Shown: piece by piece, positions 27,401-40,300 of the stretch | Layout: every line of letters starts with the position of its first letter | Position numbering within the stretch: position 1 is the stretch's first letter | Assembly (NCBI RefSeq): GCF_032062105.1 | Contig: NW_026935419.1 | Span: 558,001-622,000, forward strand | Reading direction: 5' to 3' | Length of the DNA stretch: 64,000 nt | From: Saccostrea cucullata | Taxonomy: Eukaryota | Made by a program: the position numbers and the translations under genes | The notes under the pieces: generated by a model | Told to the model about the DNA's origin: nothing | Databases searched by the model: none | The model's input: the letters and a program-made list of their open reading frames with translations, nothing else

Positions 27401-30400
27401 AATTTAATTTTCGGGAGCACACTGTCTCGCTTAATTACGCGATAATTAAGTTTTTGCGAATAAATAATTGTTGACTTACAGTACAGTTTACGTGCTGGAA
27501 TGAATAGGTCTCTTTTTAAAATGGTAATTTACCGGGAATTCTATGGTTCACATGTATTTTACACAACCTGAAAACATACTCTCTTACAATGATCAATAAA
27601 TTCATAGAATTTTCTATAAATCTAGCTATATGACTCCTCGTTGCATGCTAATATTAAGCTAATGTTTCGAGAAAAGGCGCAGGTAGCTCTAGATGATTTT
27701 TCTATGACCCTCTTGTTTACGAAATCTAGTACCTAAAATGTAAAGATCTGTCCCATGACTATAGATACTACATGCACTGACTTTTGACTTTCGAAGTGTG
27801 AATGATCTACGAGATGTTTTGTAGGAAATCCAACACCCAATACCCCTCTCAATACAGTTCTACAATAAAACATGGGAATTACGTAAATTGTACGTTATGA
27901 TTTGCTACATGTATTCACGGGACATTCAAAGATTTTTACGCAACTTTTTATTTGAAAAATTATGGAGAGTCATGACAACTTAATGGGGGAACAACAATTA
28001 CTGGCAAATTGGCTTTAATATACCAGGGAAAATAATTATATGCTGCTATTATTTCGGGTTGAAACATGGTGAATTGAGATAATTTCATATGCTTTGTCTG
28101 TACTTACATGTAAATGAATCTTAACAGGATTTTTTCCCTCACTAAAACTTGCTTTATCATGCTACTTTTAAGGGTTCTGGGAACATTTTTGGCCACAATG
28201 TGACTATAATGGCTGATCAATATACACCGGTGGATTCCACATCCATTCCTACTGGTAAAAGAAAAAAACTGCACTTGTGTTCATAAACATAATTTTATAA
28301 AATTCTCAATCTAGATAAATTATAGATTATCTAGATAAATCCAATATTATATTATGCGCAGCTCGTTTGAAACCCGATTGAATATCCGAATACGCTATTT
28401 CGTAATTTTCTTCACATAGATTTTGGCGCTGAAATAAACACTGTAATTATATTTATTAACAGGAGTAATAGAGAATGTAGATGGAACAGCTTGGGACTTG
28501 CGCACCAAAAAGAATCTGGGAGAAATGATTCCAACAGTTCCCGGTGATGTGGGTTACGATCATAACTACTGCTTCGGAAAAACTGGGTGGCGGAAGTACA
28601 TGGCCAGGTATGAGTAGATTAAAATGTATTGTTGTGGAAAGAATAGAAATGCGTCTTGATCGTATAGTGGTTTATTTTAGACTCTGTTATTAACTATAGA
28701 AACATAACGTACAGTATTGTGACGTAACAATAACGTTAACGTACGTTACATAAACCCGCGGATAATTTTAATGAATCATTAGAATATTAGAAAGTTCAAA
28801 TCAAATTAACAGTTTGGAAATTAAACAAGTTAATAATCACTTAATTAAGAGGTCCATTCACGATAATTTGGCTTTTGTTTTTGACACTCGATTAAAATAT
28901 ATTAAGTTCGTTCTCATTCACTTCGATTGGATATAGTTTCACAATTGGTCTGTTGGTAAGTCCATTTTTGGTCCGTAAAGTGGCAGCTCTAAGTTCTTTT
29001 GTATGAGTTCCTCGGAGTGTTTGTGACGTAGTTCTGTGTTAGATTTCTCCAACTCCATGTTTCGAGTCCGTAGATTGGCATTTTGTTTATTATCTCTGCC
29101 ATGTCCCTGAGATTCTTTTTCTGTGAATTTTCTTTTTCCTTCTCCTCAGTCTCTGTACGTTTTTCTGTCATCTGAGTTTCTTCCCTTCGTGTGTCATCAC
29201 GGATCCTTACGGAAAACATCTTTCTCTCTTCCACGGGATCCTGTAGGTTTGTAATTGATTTTCAAGTGTTTGTACTTTGATATTTAGCTCACTTATTTGC
29301 CTTTGGGCGTAATCATATCGTGACTGAAGACTGATGTTTTTAGCATTAAGATGCTCCAAGTGAGTGCTGTAGGTTTTGATATTAACAACCTGGTCCTTTA
29401 ATTCCTGAACCTCGTTATGCAAGTGTCCGTTTTCGTGCGCAAGTTTATTCATCTGTTCCATCATATCCTTCATCCCATTCTCCACACGAGTCTGAAAATT
29501 TCTTTGTTGGTCGAATTGTAACAATTTCTCTAGCAGGGTACCATTTTCTCCTTCCAATGCGTTCATCCTCTGTCTTAGTCTTCAGCTCTGACTTAAGTTG
29601 CTGTATCTCGTTAGTGAGCTTGCTACGTTCTTGAATGGAGTCCACAGTCCGACTCATCGGAGTGGAAGCTGATTTCCATAAAACACTTTTATGTCGTTGT
29701 TCAACGTTTATTTCTGTGGTATTTGGTTTGCTCGTTCCTACAATGTTGACAATTGTTGATTTGGTGGATTTTTCGTTAGTTTCATGTCGCATATATTGTG
29801 TTGCTTCTTCTGGCACTTTTTACATCTGTTGCGGGATTTACAATCTGCGGCGTGGTGGTTTCCTAAGCAGTTGAAACATAATTTTTCCGTTAACAGTCGA
29901 ATCTTGCTACTTATGTACTTTCTTACAGTCCCCTGGGAAGATTTTTACAACAATAAATGCATTCTTTATCTCTGTTGTTTCGACATAAGGAGTTGACTCT
30001 TTTGTTTTCTGGTTGTGTCCATAATGAACATGGCGTTGTTTCTTTGAGGCTCCGGTAAGAAACATTGCTGTTGCGTGGAATCGATCGCTGTTTTCAATCT
30101 GGCCTGATTCAAGGATTTTGACTTCCTTGCTGATAGCTTTACGAAGATTGTGTAGTGAAATGTTGTCACCATCGTACTCACGTGCAATGTTTTTCCTGAT
30201 TTCAGCTGGTAGCTTGTTCATTATGACTGGAATAAGTAAAGCTCCGTACATCTCTTGTTTTTGTCCTAGACACTCTAAACTCCTGACATGAGATTCCAAG
30301 CAGTCTCCATAATTTCTTAAACTGATGGCGTCGTTTTCGGGGCTTGCAGTTCCATAAGTGCTCTCATGTGACCATTGATGATTTTTTGTGGTTGACCAAA

Positions 30401-32035
30401 TCGTTCCTTGAGCAGGTCTATGGCGGTTTCGTAATTTGCGTTTGTGAGAGTAAATCCTGCAATGGTTTGTGCTGCTGCGTCCTGTAATTGAGCCTTGAGA
30501 TACGAAAACTTTTGAATTGGTGTTAAAGTTTGGTTGCGGTGAATTGTTGATTCAAATGAATCCCAAAACGTATTCCATTGTAGTATATCCCCGTCAAAAT
30601 GTGGAAGATTTAGTTTCGGTAGTCGATGATTATTTGTGACCTGGTTGGATGGTAATGACAAAAAAATTTTCTGCCAATCGTGGTTACTTTGTTCATCGAG
30701 ATCAGTGGCACTGGCAGGAAAATTGTTCAGAATATTCTCACAAGCCGTTTCACTTGAATTAATTGCAGCTGATGTGTTTACATTACTATCATGAATTTCT
30801 AAGGCGGGTACAAAACACTCAACACTGGCATTCAAAGTTTTACATGAAACTTTTTCTGTAAATGTTTCTATTTTCTTAATTTTGCAATCGAATTCGTACA
30901 TATACTCATCTGTGTTTGTGATTTCTTCTTCTATGTCCTCTTCAGATAATGCGTCTAATATGCGTTCATTTAGTTCTTGTAAAGTTTGTCTTTTTTGCAT
31001 TAGGGACTTTCTGATTATTTCGATTTCCTCCGTTACTTCACTGGCTGTATTTTCTTTCAGGTCCAAAAATCGTCCGAAAAGTTTCGTCACCGCTGATCTG
31101 TTACCGGCCCGTATGGCTTTTAGTCTTCCTTCCATTTTACGTATATTATGTAAACATTCCGTCGATCACGGCACCAAAATTGTTGTAGAAATGCGTCTTG
31201 ATCGTATAGTGGTTTATTTTAGACTCTGTTATTAACTATAGAAACATAACGTACAGTATTGTGACGTAACAATAACGTTAACGTACGTTACATAAACCCG
31301 CGGATAATCCGTGACATGTATGTTCCAGATTAGACGCAGGGGACATATCAAAGTTTTGAAAGTAGGGAGGGAGGTTGCCAGCCAGAGGAAAAAAAATTAC
31401 CTGAAAAAATCGACAAGCAAATAGAAGTTTAAACTTGAAAATCCTATTTCCGGGGGGGGGGGGGGGGGGGGGGGGGGGTGGAGTGAATTGAATCTCTTTC
31501 AATAACATCATACATCACCCCTATTTGTCTATTGTTATGTTGTAAATTTTGCCACCCGATAAATTCAAATCTTACAGACTTACAACATGGCACTATACTG
31601 AAACCGGGGGGGGGGGGGGGGGGGGGTCAATGAACAAAGGCATTTAACAACTTCTTTTTTTTTTCTTTTAAAGAGTGGAACATCCGAACACGGGTCGGTA
31701 TCTGGAAATGTACAGCACTGAACCAGGTGTTCAGTTTTATACGGCATTCTACCTAAACGAAACTGGAAAGGGCGGGGCCAAATACGGGAAATTTGATGCC
31801 TTTTGCCTCGAAGCCCAGCATTATCCAGATAGTCCAAACAAAGTAGGTTTCAGTGGCTACATTTCAGATATAATTTCGAGAGAGATTAACTCTGTTGCAC
31901 ATGTTCAAATGGTTTCTTTTCATAAATATTTGTTATTATTATTTTTTTTATTTTCAGCCAAATTTCCCCACAACATTACTAGCTCCATCGGAGACGTATC
32001 TACAAACCACGACATACAAATTTGGTGTCATGTGA
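24473..32035 (+). CDS. GALM: Aldose 1-epimerase (galactose mutarotase) paralog A, with N-terminal transmembrane extension, ~389 aa
   Basis: Exons 24473-24605, 24849-24915, 25804-25934, 26445-26599, 26772-26981, 28173-28254, 28463-28607, 31674-31842, 31958-32035 (1170 nt). Motifs [55 protein letters not shown] at 32121. Confidence 0.93.
27275..27483. mobile_element. Small TA-MITE in a GALM-A intron
   Basis: taccgta...ttacagta ends; core cgagaat..aattttcg.gagca.ac..tctcgc.taat.acgcga shared with a copy at ~55640-55730. Confidence 0.6.
28630..31316 (-). mobile_element. Non-autonomous BEL/Pao LTR retrotransposon in GALM-A intron 7
   Basis: Short near-identical LTRs (31181-31316, TG...CA; 28630-~28766); 5-bp TSD TGTAT at 28625-28629 and 31317-31321; PBS TGGTGCCGTGA (31166-31176, complementary to tRNA-His 3' end); DUF1759-type gag; Zn knuckles; integrase C-terminal tail [18 protein letters not shown] at ~28915-28990. 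Confidence 0.92.
29790..31135 (-). pseudogene. Frameshifted BEL/Pao Gag
   Basis: ORFs 30317-31135 ([29 protein letters not shown]...QKFSYLK...[14 protein letters not shown]) and 29907-30299 ([11 protein letters not shown]), then [27 protein letters not shown] in another frame. Confidence 0.88.
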
Positions 32036-32529
32036 TCTCATAACTTGATATTTTTTCTCATCATTCCTTTCTTTTGTACTACATTTACATATTATACCAT
32101 GATTTGATTGATTATAAGTCAATAAATTAATTCCATGATCTTCATTGCGTTTTTAGGAATCTTTTTAATAGGTGGCATCTTATGCTCACATCCACTGAAT
32201 TTTTTTTCTCATGGAAATCGGATATTTATCGTGTCCATCGAAGGCAAGGAACTATTAATTTATTTCTAAACTATAGTTTATTTCAATTGAATCAAGAATT
32301 GATTATCGGAAATTGAATGTACAGTAACTACAAACACATGAATGATAAAAGTAAAAGATAAAATCACACATGGGTATCCAACAATGGAGGGCTCAGCTAG
32401 TGGTCATGCATGACTATATAATTCATGTATAGCTGTTGACCTCCTGAAATGGAAATAAAAGATTGCGGTCGTGAGAAGAGTGCTAAATGATGAGTGACAA
32501 TCCCCAAGGATCCACCGCTGTAATTTATT

Positions 32530-32670
32530 AAGGAATAACTGTCTTATTTTTCGAATTCATGAAGTGATCAATGGATTGGCTTGTGTGTTAATTTTATTCA
32601 TAAAAGCCATCGGCGTTTATGCAAATTATAACACAAGCCAATCCATTGATCATCTTCATATGATAACATA
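32530..32670. mobile_element. Hairpin MITE (copy 1)
   Basis: aaggaataactgtc...gatcaatggattggctt / aagccaatccattgatc inverted arms; same family as 35348-35475. Confidence 0.65.
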
Positions 32671-33659
32671 TCCAAGCCTGCTTCTCTCAACGTGGTTTTT
32701 TTTTTTAAACAGGAAATCAATTACACTTACTGGAAATGTATTTTTGTAAATATGATAACATATCAATAAACAGGTCCACTTACTAGTATTTTTGAGTGGC
32801 TACTGAACTGGACTTAAAACGAGATAAAATTGTATGCTTATTAAAAGCTTGACTTTGTTTATGTGCTGTTCGATTAAGGTAAGTAACGATTAGGGCCTAA
32901 CATAGGGGCTTGGCATCAGGATGGTGTATTTTGTGTATTATGTGTTTTTCTAGGTGTGTCTGAATACCCTCATTAAAATAAAAATTCGCTGAAATTAGCA
33001 CGTTCTAAAAATGTCATATTTACAGTATATAGTTAAAAAGAGTAAAGGAGCACCACTTGCCATCTTCGATTTGAGGTGGTGCCTCGGTTCACACTTGATT
33101 TAAATCAATATCTACTTATTTCCTACCGGTGTTGGGTGAGATCTAGCTTAAAAAATGATTGAATAATGCCTTTCAAACGTCTGCCGATTTGAACTTGCCA
33201 TATAAAACATGCAGTTATACGAGTAAACCCAAAACGTCCTCTATACGAAGTACAGAAATTGAAAGCAACAGAAGTGTCGATTTCTAACGATGAAAAATCT
33301 AGAGGCGTCCCGGAATAACATGGAAAATCTAGAGAGAACAAGTTTGGCGCGGTATCTGACCTCTAGATTTTCACACGCCGTGTGCTCCTTGTCTTGATCG
33401 GGAAATAATGCGATGGAAAAAATCCATGGAAACTCAGTTTGTAACTAATGGTCTAACAATTAACGATTAATTGTATTTACTGACAAGGACATTATATCGA
33501 CCATTGAATTCACGAAATGAGGACTTAAAACAAGATATTCCTGCTCCATCAACTTGTTTGTCAATAACTTACATGTACCTTGTCTTACAAATTGAATAGA
33601 AATCAGGCATAGAACATACTCTGCCGTATCGAATCAGCTGAGAGATACATACCCCGTAT

Positions 33660-35335
33660 GCAGAGAACAAATTTCGGCTGGGGCTGCCTGGCTAGGAGGC
33701 GCGTCCCCCGCGTGGCGGATAGGGGAGCCCTCACTAGAGGGGTGCACCGGATAGACTAAAGAAGGTGCCGTGGACCAACGCACCGTAAGGGAAAGACACC
33801 CTGACAGAAAACCACCGGTCCTACAAGACTTGGGGTTGGGCAGGAGCCCGACTACCTCCTCTCGGAAAAAAAATCACAGTTACAGAAACAGTGGACATAG
33901 AGAGCAAAGAAGATATTGTGAAGTGGGGACAGCAATAATGGCAGTAAGATAACAAGGGGTGAAAGTCTTAGGGAAGCCCAGCGTCCGACTAGAGCCCTTG
34001 TGACACCCAAACAAACATTCATCATCGAACACTGGAACGTGAAAACAATGTATAGAGGAGGAGCTTCAGCACAGATTGCCAGAGAAATGGAAGGATACCA
34101 GCTGGACATTTTGGGAATCGCCGAGTGCAGATGGACAGGAGCTGGGAAGATGAGACTGGCCTCAGATGAGACCGTCATATAAAGCGGGGATGAAGAACTG
34201 CATGAGGGAGGAGTTGCCATAATGATCAGCCAGCAGGCAATGAAGTCACTCAAGGAATGGACACCTGTCAGTAAGAGAATCATGACAGCACGATTCTATT
34301 CAAGATGCAGGAGAGTGTCAGTGATCCAAGCATATGCGCCAAATAATGAAGAGGAGGAGAAAGACAAATTCTATCAGGAGTTACAAGAGACCCTGGATGG
34401 ATGTAATAAGAACGAAATCATTATTATCATGGGGGATCTCAACGCCAAGGTAGGGGGGCGGAGTGAAATAATGGATATGAAAGAACTATGGGTATCCATG
34501 GACTGGGAACACAGAATGAAAATGGAGAAAGACTGTGAATTTAGTCAGACCAACGGACTAGTAATCACAGGAACACTATTTCCCCACAAAGATATACACA
34601 AAGCAACATGGGTGTCTGCTACTGGAACAGCGAGAAACCCGATTGACCATCTTCTCATCAGTGGACAGTGGAGATCTTCTGTTCTTGACACCAAGGTGCA
34701 GAGGGGAGCGAATGCCAACAACAACCACTACCTGGTGAAGACTCGAATCAGGCTACGGCTCAGCACACACAAGAATAAGAACAAGTTAAAGCCAAGATTG
34801 GATGTAGAAGTAAGAACGCCTCAAAAACAACGAAGTAAAAGCAAAGTTCAATTTCCGTGGGAGAAAGGGGTTAGAAGAGCACATGGAAAAGACGGAAGAT
34901 ATCGAGAAAATCTGGGAACAGCAGAAGATGGCATATGTGAATGCAGCAGAGGAAGTACTTGGCTACAGGAAAGGCAAAAGTAAACCTTGGATCAGCGAAA
35001 ACACCTGGAAGTTGATAGAGGAAAGAAAAGTCATCAAGACAAAGATAGATACTAGTAGTACAAGATCAGAACGAGTCAAGACAAGGATGAAGGAAAATTA
35101 TAGGGAGAAAGACAAAGCAGTCAAGAAAAATGCGAGAGAGGACAAGAGGAGATGGATGGCAGAGAAAGCTGAGCGAGCACAGAAAGCAGCCAAGAACGGG
35201 AGGCAGAAGGAACTGTACAGCATAGTTAAACAGTTGACAAGAAAAAGTAATATACAAATAGCAGCGGTGACGAACAAAGATAGAAAACTGCTGAAAAAAC
35301 AAAGAAGCGAGGCTTGCCAGTCTGGCGGAATCAAA
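33660..35335 (+). mobile_element. RTE-like non-LTR retrotransposon fragment: 5' UTR plus APE endonuclease and linker, RT missing
   Basis: HWNVKTM, DILGIAECRWTG, VIQAYAP, IIMGDLNAKVG, HKATWVS, IDHLLI and KPWISENTWKLIEERK; stop at ~34180 and several frameshifts. 5' boundary approximate. Confidence 0.85.
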
Positions 35336-35347
35336 GCATGTAAATAT

Positions 35348-35475
35348 AAGGAATAACTGTCAGATTTTTCAATTTCATGACGATGATCAATCGATTGGCT
35401 TCCGTGATAATTTTATGCATAAACGCAAGCCAATCGATTGATCACATCATGAAATCGAAAAATAAGACAGTTATC
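35348..35475. mobile_element. Hairpin MITE (copy 2)
   Basis: ataactgtc...gatcaatcgattggctt / aagccaatcgattgatc...gacagttat inverted arms. Confidence 0.7.
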
Positions 35476-37315
35476 TGGTCTAAAAAAAAAAAGGTCTTTA
35501 CCATGTTTACTCTGATGTCTCTTATTTGGTGGGGCAATAGGGCAAGGTCATGAGCAAAGTCCAGGTCTTCTAAAAACTATGATCAATAAATAGCTCCCAG
35601 CCTCCCTGCTATCAGTAACATTTGATCTGGGTTAATTTTATAAATAATCGTTACCCTTTAGCAAATTTCATACAGTGTCAATTTTTGAAGGCTACTTTCC
35701 CTACGAGTAATGATATGATGTTGTATCTTGGACCTTGAACGCTTTAACAAACGTAAACAAATATTGTTTCATAGATGAAAACTGAAAATTTCAAAATTGA
35801 AAATATTACATGTAGTTACAATAGATGAACTTATCTTATTAACTGGAATACACGTAAGTCTACTCACGACATCTCTTGAAATTCAGGTCAAGTATTCCGA
35901 AACTTTTCTTTCCACGTGAATCATTCCGGTAAATTTTTAAACGTACAATTTCCTCTTCTGTTTTCGCAAAAGTGTTATTTGGTTTTGCTTTGTAGAAGTT
36001 GTTTGTACGTGTAAGTTTTTTTAGTCGTTTAATGACACGGGGTTGTAAGTATGGGAATATGAACAGGTGTGCATTTACGTTGTACTTTTGCTTGTAAAAG
36101 TACAATCTTATAATTTTTGTTGTTGTTGTTCAGCATTGTCCGTCGAACGAATTTTGCTTCTTGTTTGGTGAGATGTAACCGTTATGTTTATGTTAAGAAA
36201 ACTACTATAATATACTGTAGCTGATTTTTTGAATGCTGTTATACAGAATGGCCGAGTCGACTATCCATTCAAACGAATTTAAAAAAAAAGGGGGGGGGCT
36301 TAACACCAGATCAGCATGCTGCAGCAGATTAATGATAACATATGACCAGTCTAAACGAACTCCTGAAAAGGAGTTATCAACAGTTAGAAATTGAGGCTAA
36401 AATAATGTGGAAAATAAATATGTGCTTAGGCACAAACACAAAAAAAATGTTGATTTAGGGGAAAAATTATGAATCTGCAAAAATGCCTACACGCACAAAA
36501 TGCTACAAAAATGGTAGGATAAGAGTATATTTATTAAATTTAAGATTCTATTTGTGACTTAAATTACTTTCTCAGTTGACATTTCAAGCATTTCAAGCAT
36601 TCTTATTAGAGTAAAAAATCAAACTTTCAACATATTTTAAAGAAGCATAATAAAAAGGAGATATATGAAAAATAGAACAACATGTGTTGCATCTGTTATA
36701 AGCTTCTCCATCTTTTACTTTTTAAAGTATCTGGTTAAATTGGAGGATAGGGTATAGGTAATAAGAATTTACCATGGAAATATATAAATTGAAAAGCAGA
36801 GTATTAAATCGTAAGGATTGCAATTTTTCCTTTCTCCTTTCTTGCTTTACTTTGTATTTTTTTCTGTTGTTGTTCAATGTTGTTCAAGATGTGGATCATG
36901 GGTTAGGGTTGGACTAAAATTGGAAATTAATTTAGTTAACAAAATGCATATACGGTACATGAAAAGGCATGAAAAAAAAGAACAGATAAAAAAAAAAGAA
37001 AAGAAATATATGTTTAAAAATCTTCCCCAGAGGAGTAAAGCCAAGTACCAGTAAGTCATCTGGATATACTTAATGTTATGTAGATTAAATCTATAAACCC
37101 TCAAGGCAAGACTGGTACCACAATATTAAAAAAAATATATTTCAAAATTAGCGGGTAAAATCTTATAATAATAATCTTCTGAAGTCAGCAGAAAGCAAAC
37201 GATTCAGGTGAATATGGTGGCCCATGGGCCTCTGCTGTGTGTATGGTCACTGTATCATGATTATTTTTTGTTTGTTTGCTTTGAATAGAAGACTGTTAAC
37301 TAACAAACATCTACC

Positions 37316-40300
37316 ATGATCACAAGTTCTCCATTTGGGACCTATGATGGGAAAGAAGTCATACAGTAAGTGATATTTGATTTAAAAAAAAATAATTCAT
37401 GTAAAATGCACCAATAATGTTTTTAAACTTGGTTATATTTTCCTCTCTCTTATCTAAATTAAAATTACACTGATATAAACAGGAGAATGTCTATAAATTT
37501 ACAGTTTAAAGCAGTGGAGAACAAAAATTTAATTGTCATGTACATTTGCATTATACACAGTTCATGAAAAGTTTGTCATGCTAATAAATACCAAATTGCT
37601 TATTCACAAAAATAAGGTGTCATGAAAATACTAGTAAAGTGATCTACAGTATACCATGTAAGTGGAAATTTTATTGAGACAAAGAACTATATGCCGTATT
37701 AACCAACATTTGCCCCCCAAAATCAAACTTTGATGGAGTAACATTTAATTAAGTCCTTAAACAGGGGAGTATATGCTGACTTCAACGCACTGAAGAATTT
37801 CATAAGTAATGACGTCATATGTACGTAATGACGTCACAAATATGACGTAATTTCAGTTTTTTATGAATTTTGCAGAAAAATGTACATATTTCGTCGATAT
37901 TTTAAATAAAAGTCACCGAGCGCATGTGTGTTCAGGATAAATATTTTGATATAATGGGTAGAATGATAATATCAATGGAATATGTCAATACTGTTCCTGA
38001 ACACACATGCGCTCTATAAATTTTAAAGCTTAAATTGTTGAAATTTTGTCCATTTTGTCCTCTTTCTGAAAAAGGATATAAAATCGGACTAGTTTGTGAC
38101 GTCATAAAAACAGAAATTGTGAATACACTTCTCTGGAACTATAATATTTTCTGTTAACTTATATTTCTCGTACAATTTATTGAATTCAGCACATTTCATG
38201 AAGTTTTCAAAATTTGACTTTTGTGGGGGCAAACATATGCAATATACCGCATATAGTTCTTTAGCGATTTGTCCTTAAAAACTGGTAATTTATTTTTAGC
38301 GAGATGTTATTTAAGCGATTTTAAAAAGCACATTAAAGAAACTATTACATGTAAAACGCAATTAATTTTTAGCGATATTCAATTTTAACGATCTCGACAC
38401 CCTCGGTAATAATGCCAAAATTAAATCCTCGCTAAAAATTCTACTTATACGGTATATGCAAATTTAAGTGTTGTTTGATGGGGATCACACTTCACTGGGT
38501 TTAGTCCCTTATAAGGAAATATGTTTAGTTATACATGTAATAGCATTAGTCTTTTTAGACAAATTATTTTTGCTAACAAGGTCATTACAACAACCATAAA
38601 ATTTTGAATTGCAGACCTTAAACAAGGTTGTTGAAACCCTTGTAACATCAACTTTTCAGTACGTAGCAAGCCTTGTTTTAAAAATTAATTGTACTCAGAG
38701 CAAACTCTCAGGTAAAGAATAAGTTGGGAGATATAGACACCATAAACAGGTGATAGTGGAATATTAATTCATAAAAAGAAGGGAAGTTGTTGTTGGAAAA
38801 TCTGAATCGAATTCATTGTGTTTGTCAGAATTTTTGTTCTTATGAGTAAACTTTATTTGGAATTATTTGGATATTAAACTAGAATGACAATTTATGTAGG
38901 GACTTTCTTTTATCAAATGTGTGCAGATATACCCTAAAGAACAGTCAAGGCACAGAAATACAAATCCTAAATTTTGGAGGAATCATCAAAACGATTTTGG
39001 TACCAGATAAAAATGGAAAGATGGAAGACATTTGTCTTGGTTATGATGACATGAAAGGTGTGTTTGAAAATTTCTTCCTGTGTCCTGTTTTTTGTAAAGG
39101 AAGAGACCTCTAGTTGGAAAAAAAGACAATTGATTAAAAAATGTTGGATAAACAAATTATTGGTCTATATACATGTACAATTAAAAATAATTGCTTTGTG
39201 ATTTTAGTGGTAGAACTGTTTTAAGATGAAGATTTTTTCTTTTAATCTGGAAACACAGAAACTAAAAAATGTTTAAGAAAATTTTCTATAATTTACCATT
39301 GGAAAAAGAAGTGAAAATATGTATGTCTAAACTCTAAAAATGTTGTTTCTTTGCCTAGGGTATGAGACAAATCCCTTTTACTTGGGTACTCTGTGTGGAC
39401 GCTTTGCCAACAGGATTGCAAATGCCTCTTTTATTATTGATGGGAAAACATATGAATTAGACAAAAATGATGGTCAGAATTCGTTACATGGAGGAAAAGG
39501 TGGTTTCCATAAAGTAAAGTACTTTTGATATTTACATTCAATTTACTACATATAGTTGAAACCCATATTTTATTGAAAGAATTTGCTACATAAAGGTCAA
39601 AGCCAAATTTGAAGGAATGACTGTTTTGGGGTGCCATGCTGTTTTGTCTTTTTTAAAATCTTGAAGAATTAGATATACATTTTTTTTAAATTTGAATTTC
39701 TAAACTCCATGATTGCTGTTTAAAATGATTTGGTCATAACAAGCAGTTATAATGCTTTCTTGCAGAAAGTATGGACTCCAGAGATTGACGGTGACGTCCT
39801 GAAATTGACCTACGTCAGCCCTGACGGGGAGGATAAATTCCCTGGGGAACTCAAGGTCACTCTCTGTTACCAGCTGACCGATGACAATGAATTGGTCATG
39901 CAGTACTCAGCAACTACATCAGCAAAAACTGTCATCAATCTGACAAACCACGCCTACTTTAATTTGGCTGGACAGGTAATCGGTTTGTGATGAATGTATG
40001 CAGATTCGTCTGAGTACTACAATGCACTATGAAAATTCAGCACAATACAAGGTATTAAACTTTTTCCTTTTACAGTTTTGATTTTTTGCAATGGACTTCT
40101 TGTTTTTTAGGGTGCTGAGAACATCTTTGACCATGATGTGACCATAAAAGCTGATCAGTATACACCACAAGATTCCACTTACATTCCAACAGGTAATGTA
40201 AAGAGATAGATAGTGAGAATACATGTATATCAAATTTGTGAAGCTTTTTTTTTTTTTACATCAAACCATAAAACATATTGATGTACACTTACTGAAAAAC

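Noticed and set aside
28989-29234. YGLETW motif suggesting an RTE reverse-transcriptase tail inside the BEL element
   Set aside because: A single short motif with no other RT features nearby; likely chance.
31166-31230. tRNA-His gene or permuted tRNA
   Set aside because: Only the 3' 11 nt and a 16-nt 5' piece are present, with no anticodon or T arm; both are parts of the LTR/PBS.
31278-31837. Polyproline ORFs
   Set aside because: Produced by intronic poly-G runs read on the minus strand.
35860-36260. CpG-richer segment with an 81-aa minus-strand ORF
   Set aside because: No recognisable domain, termini or splice support; possibly a TE remnant or promoter but not callable.
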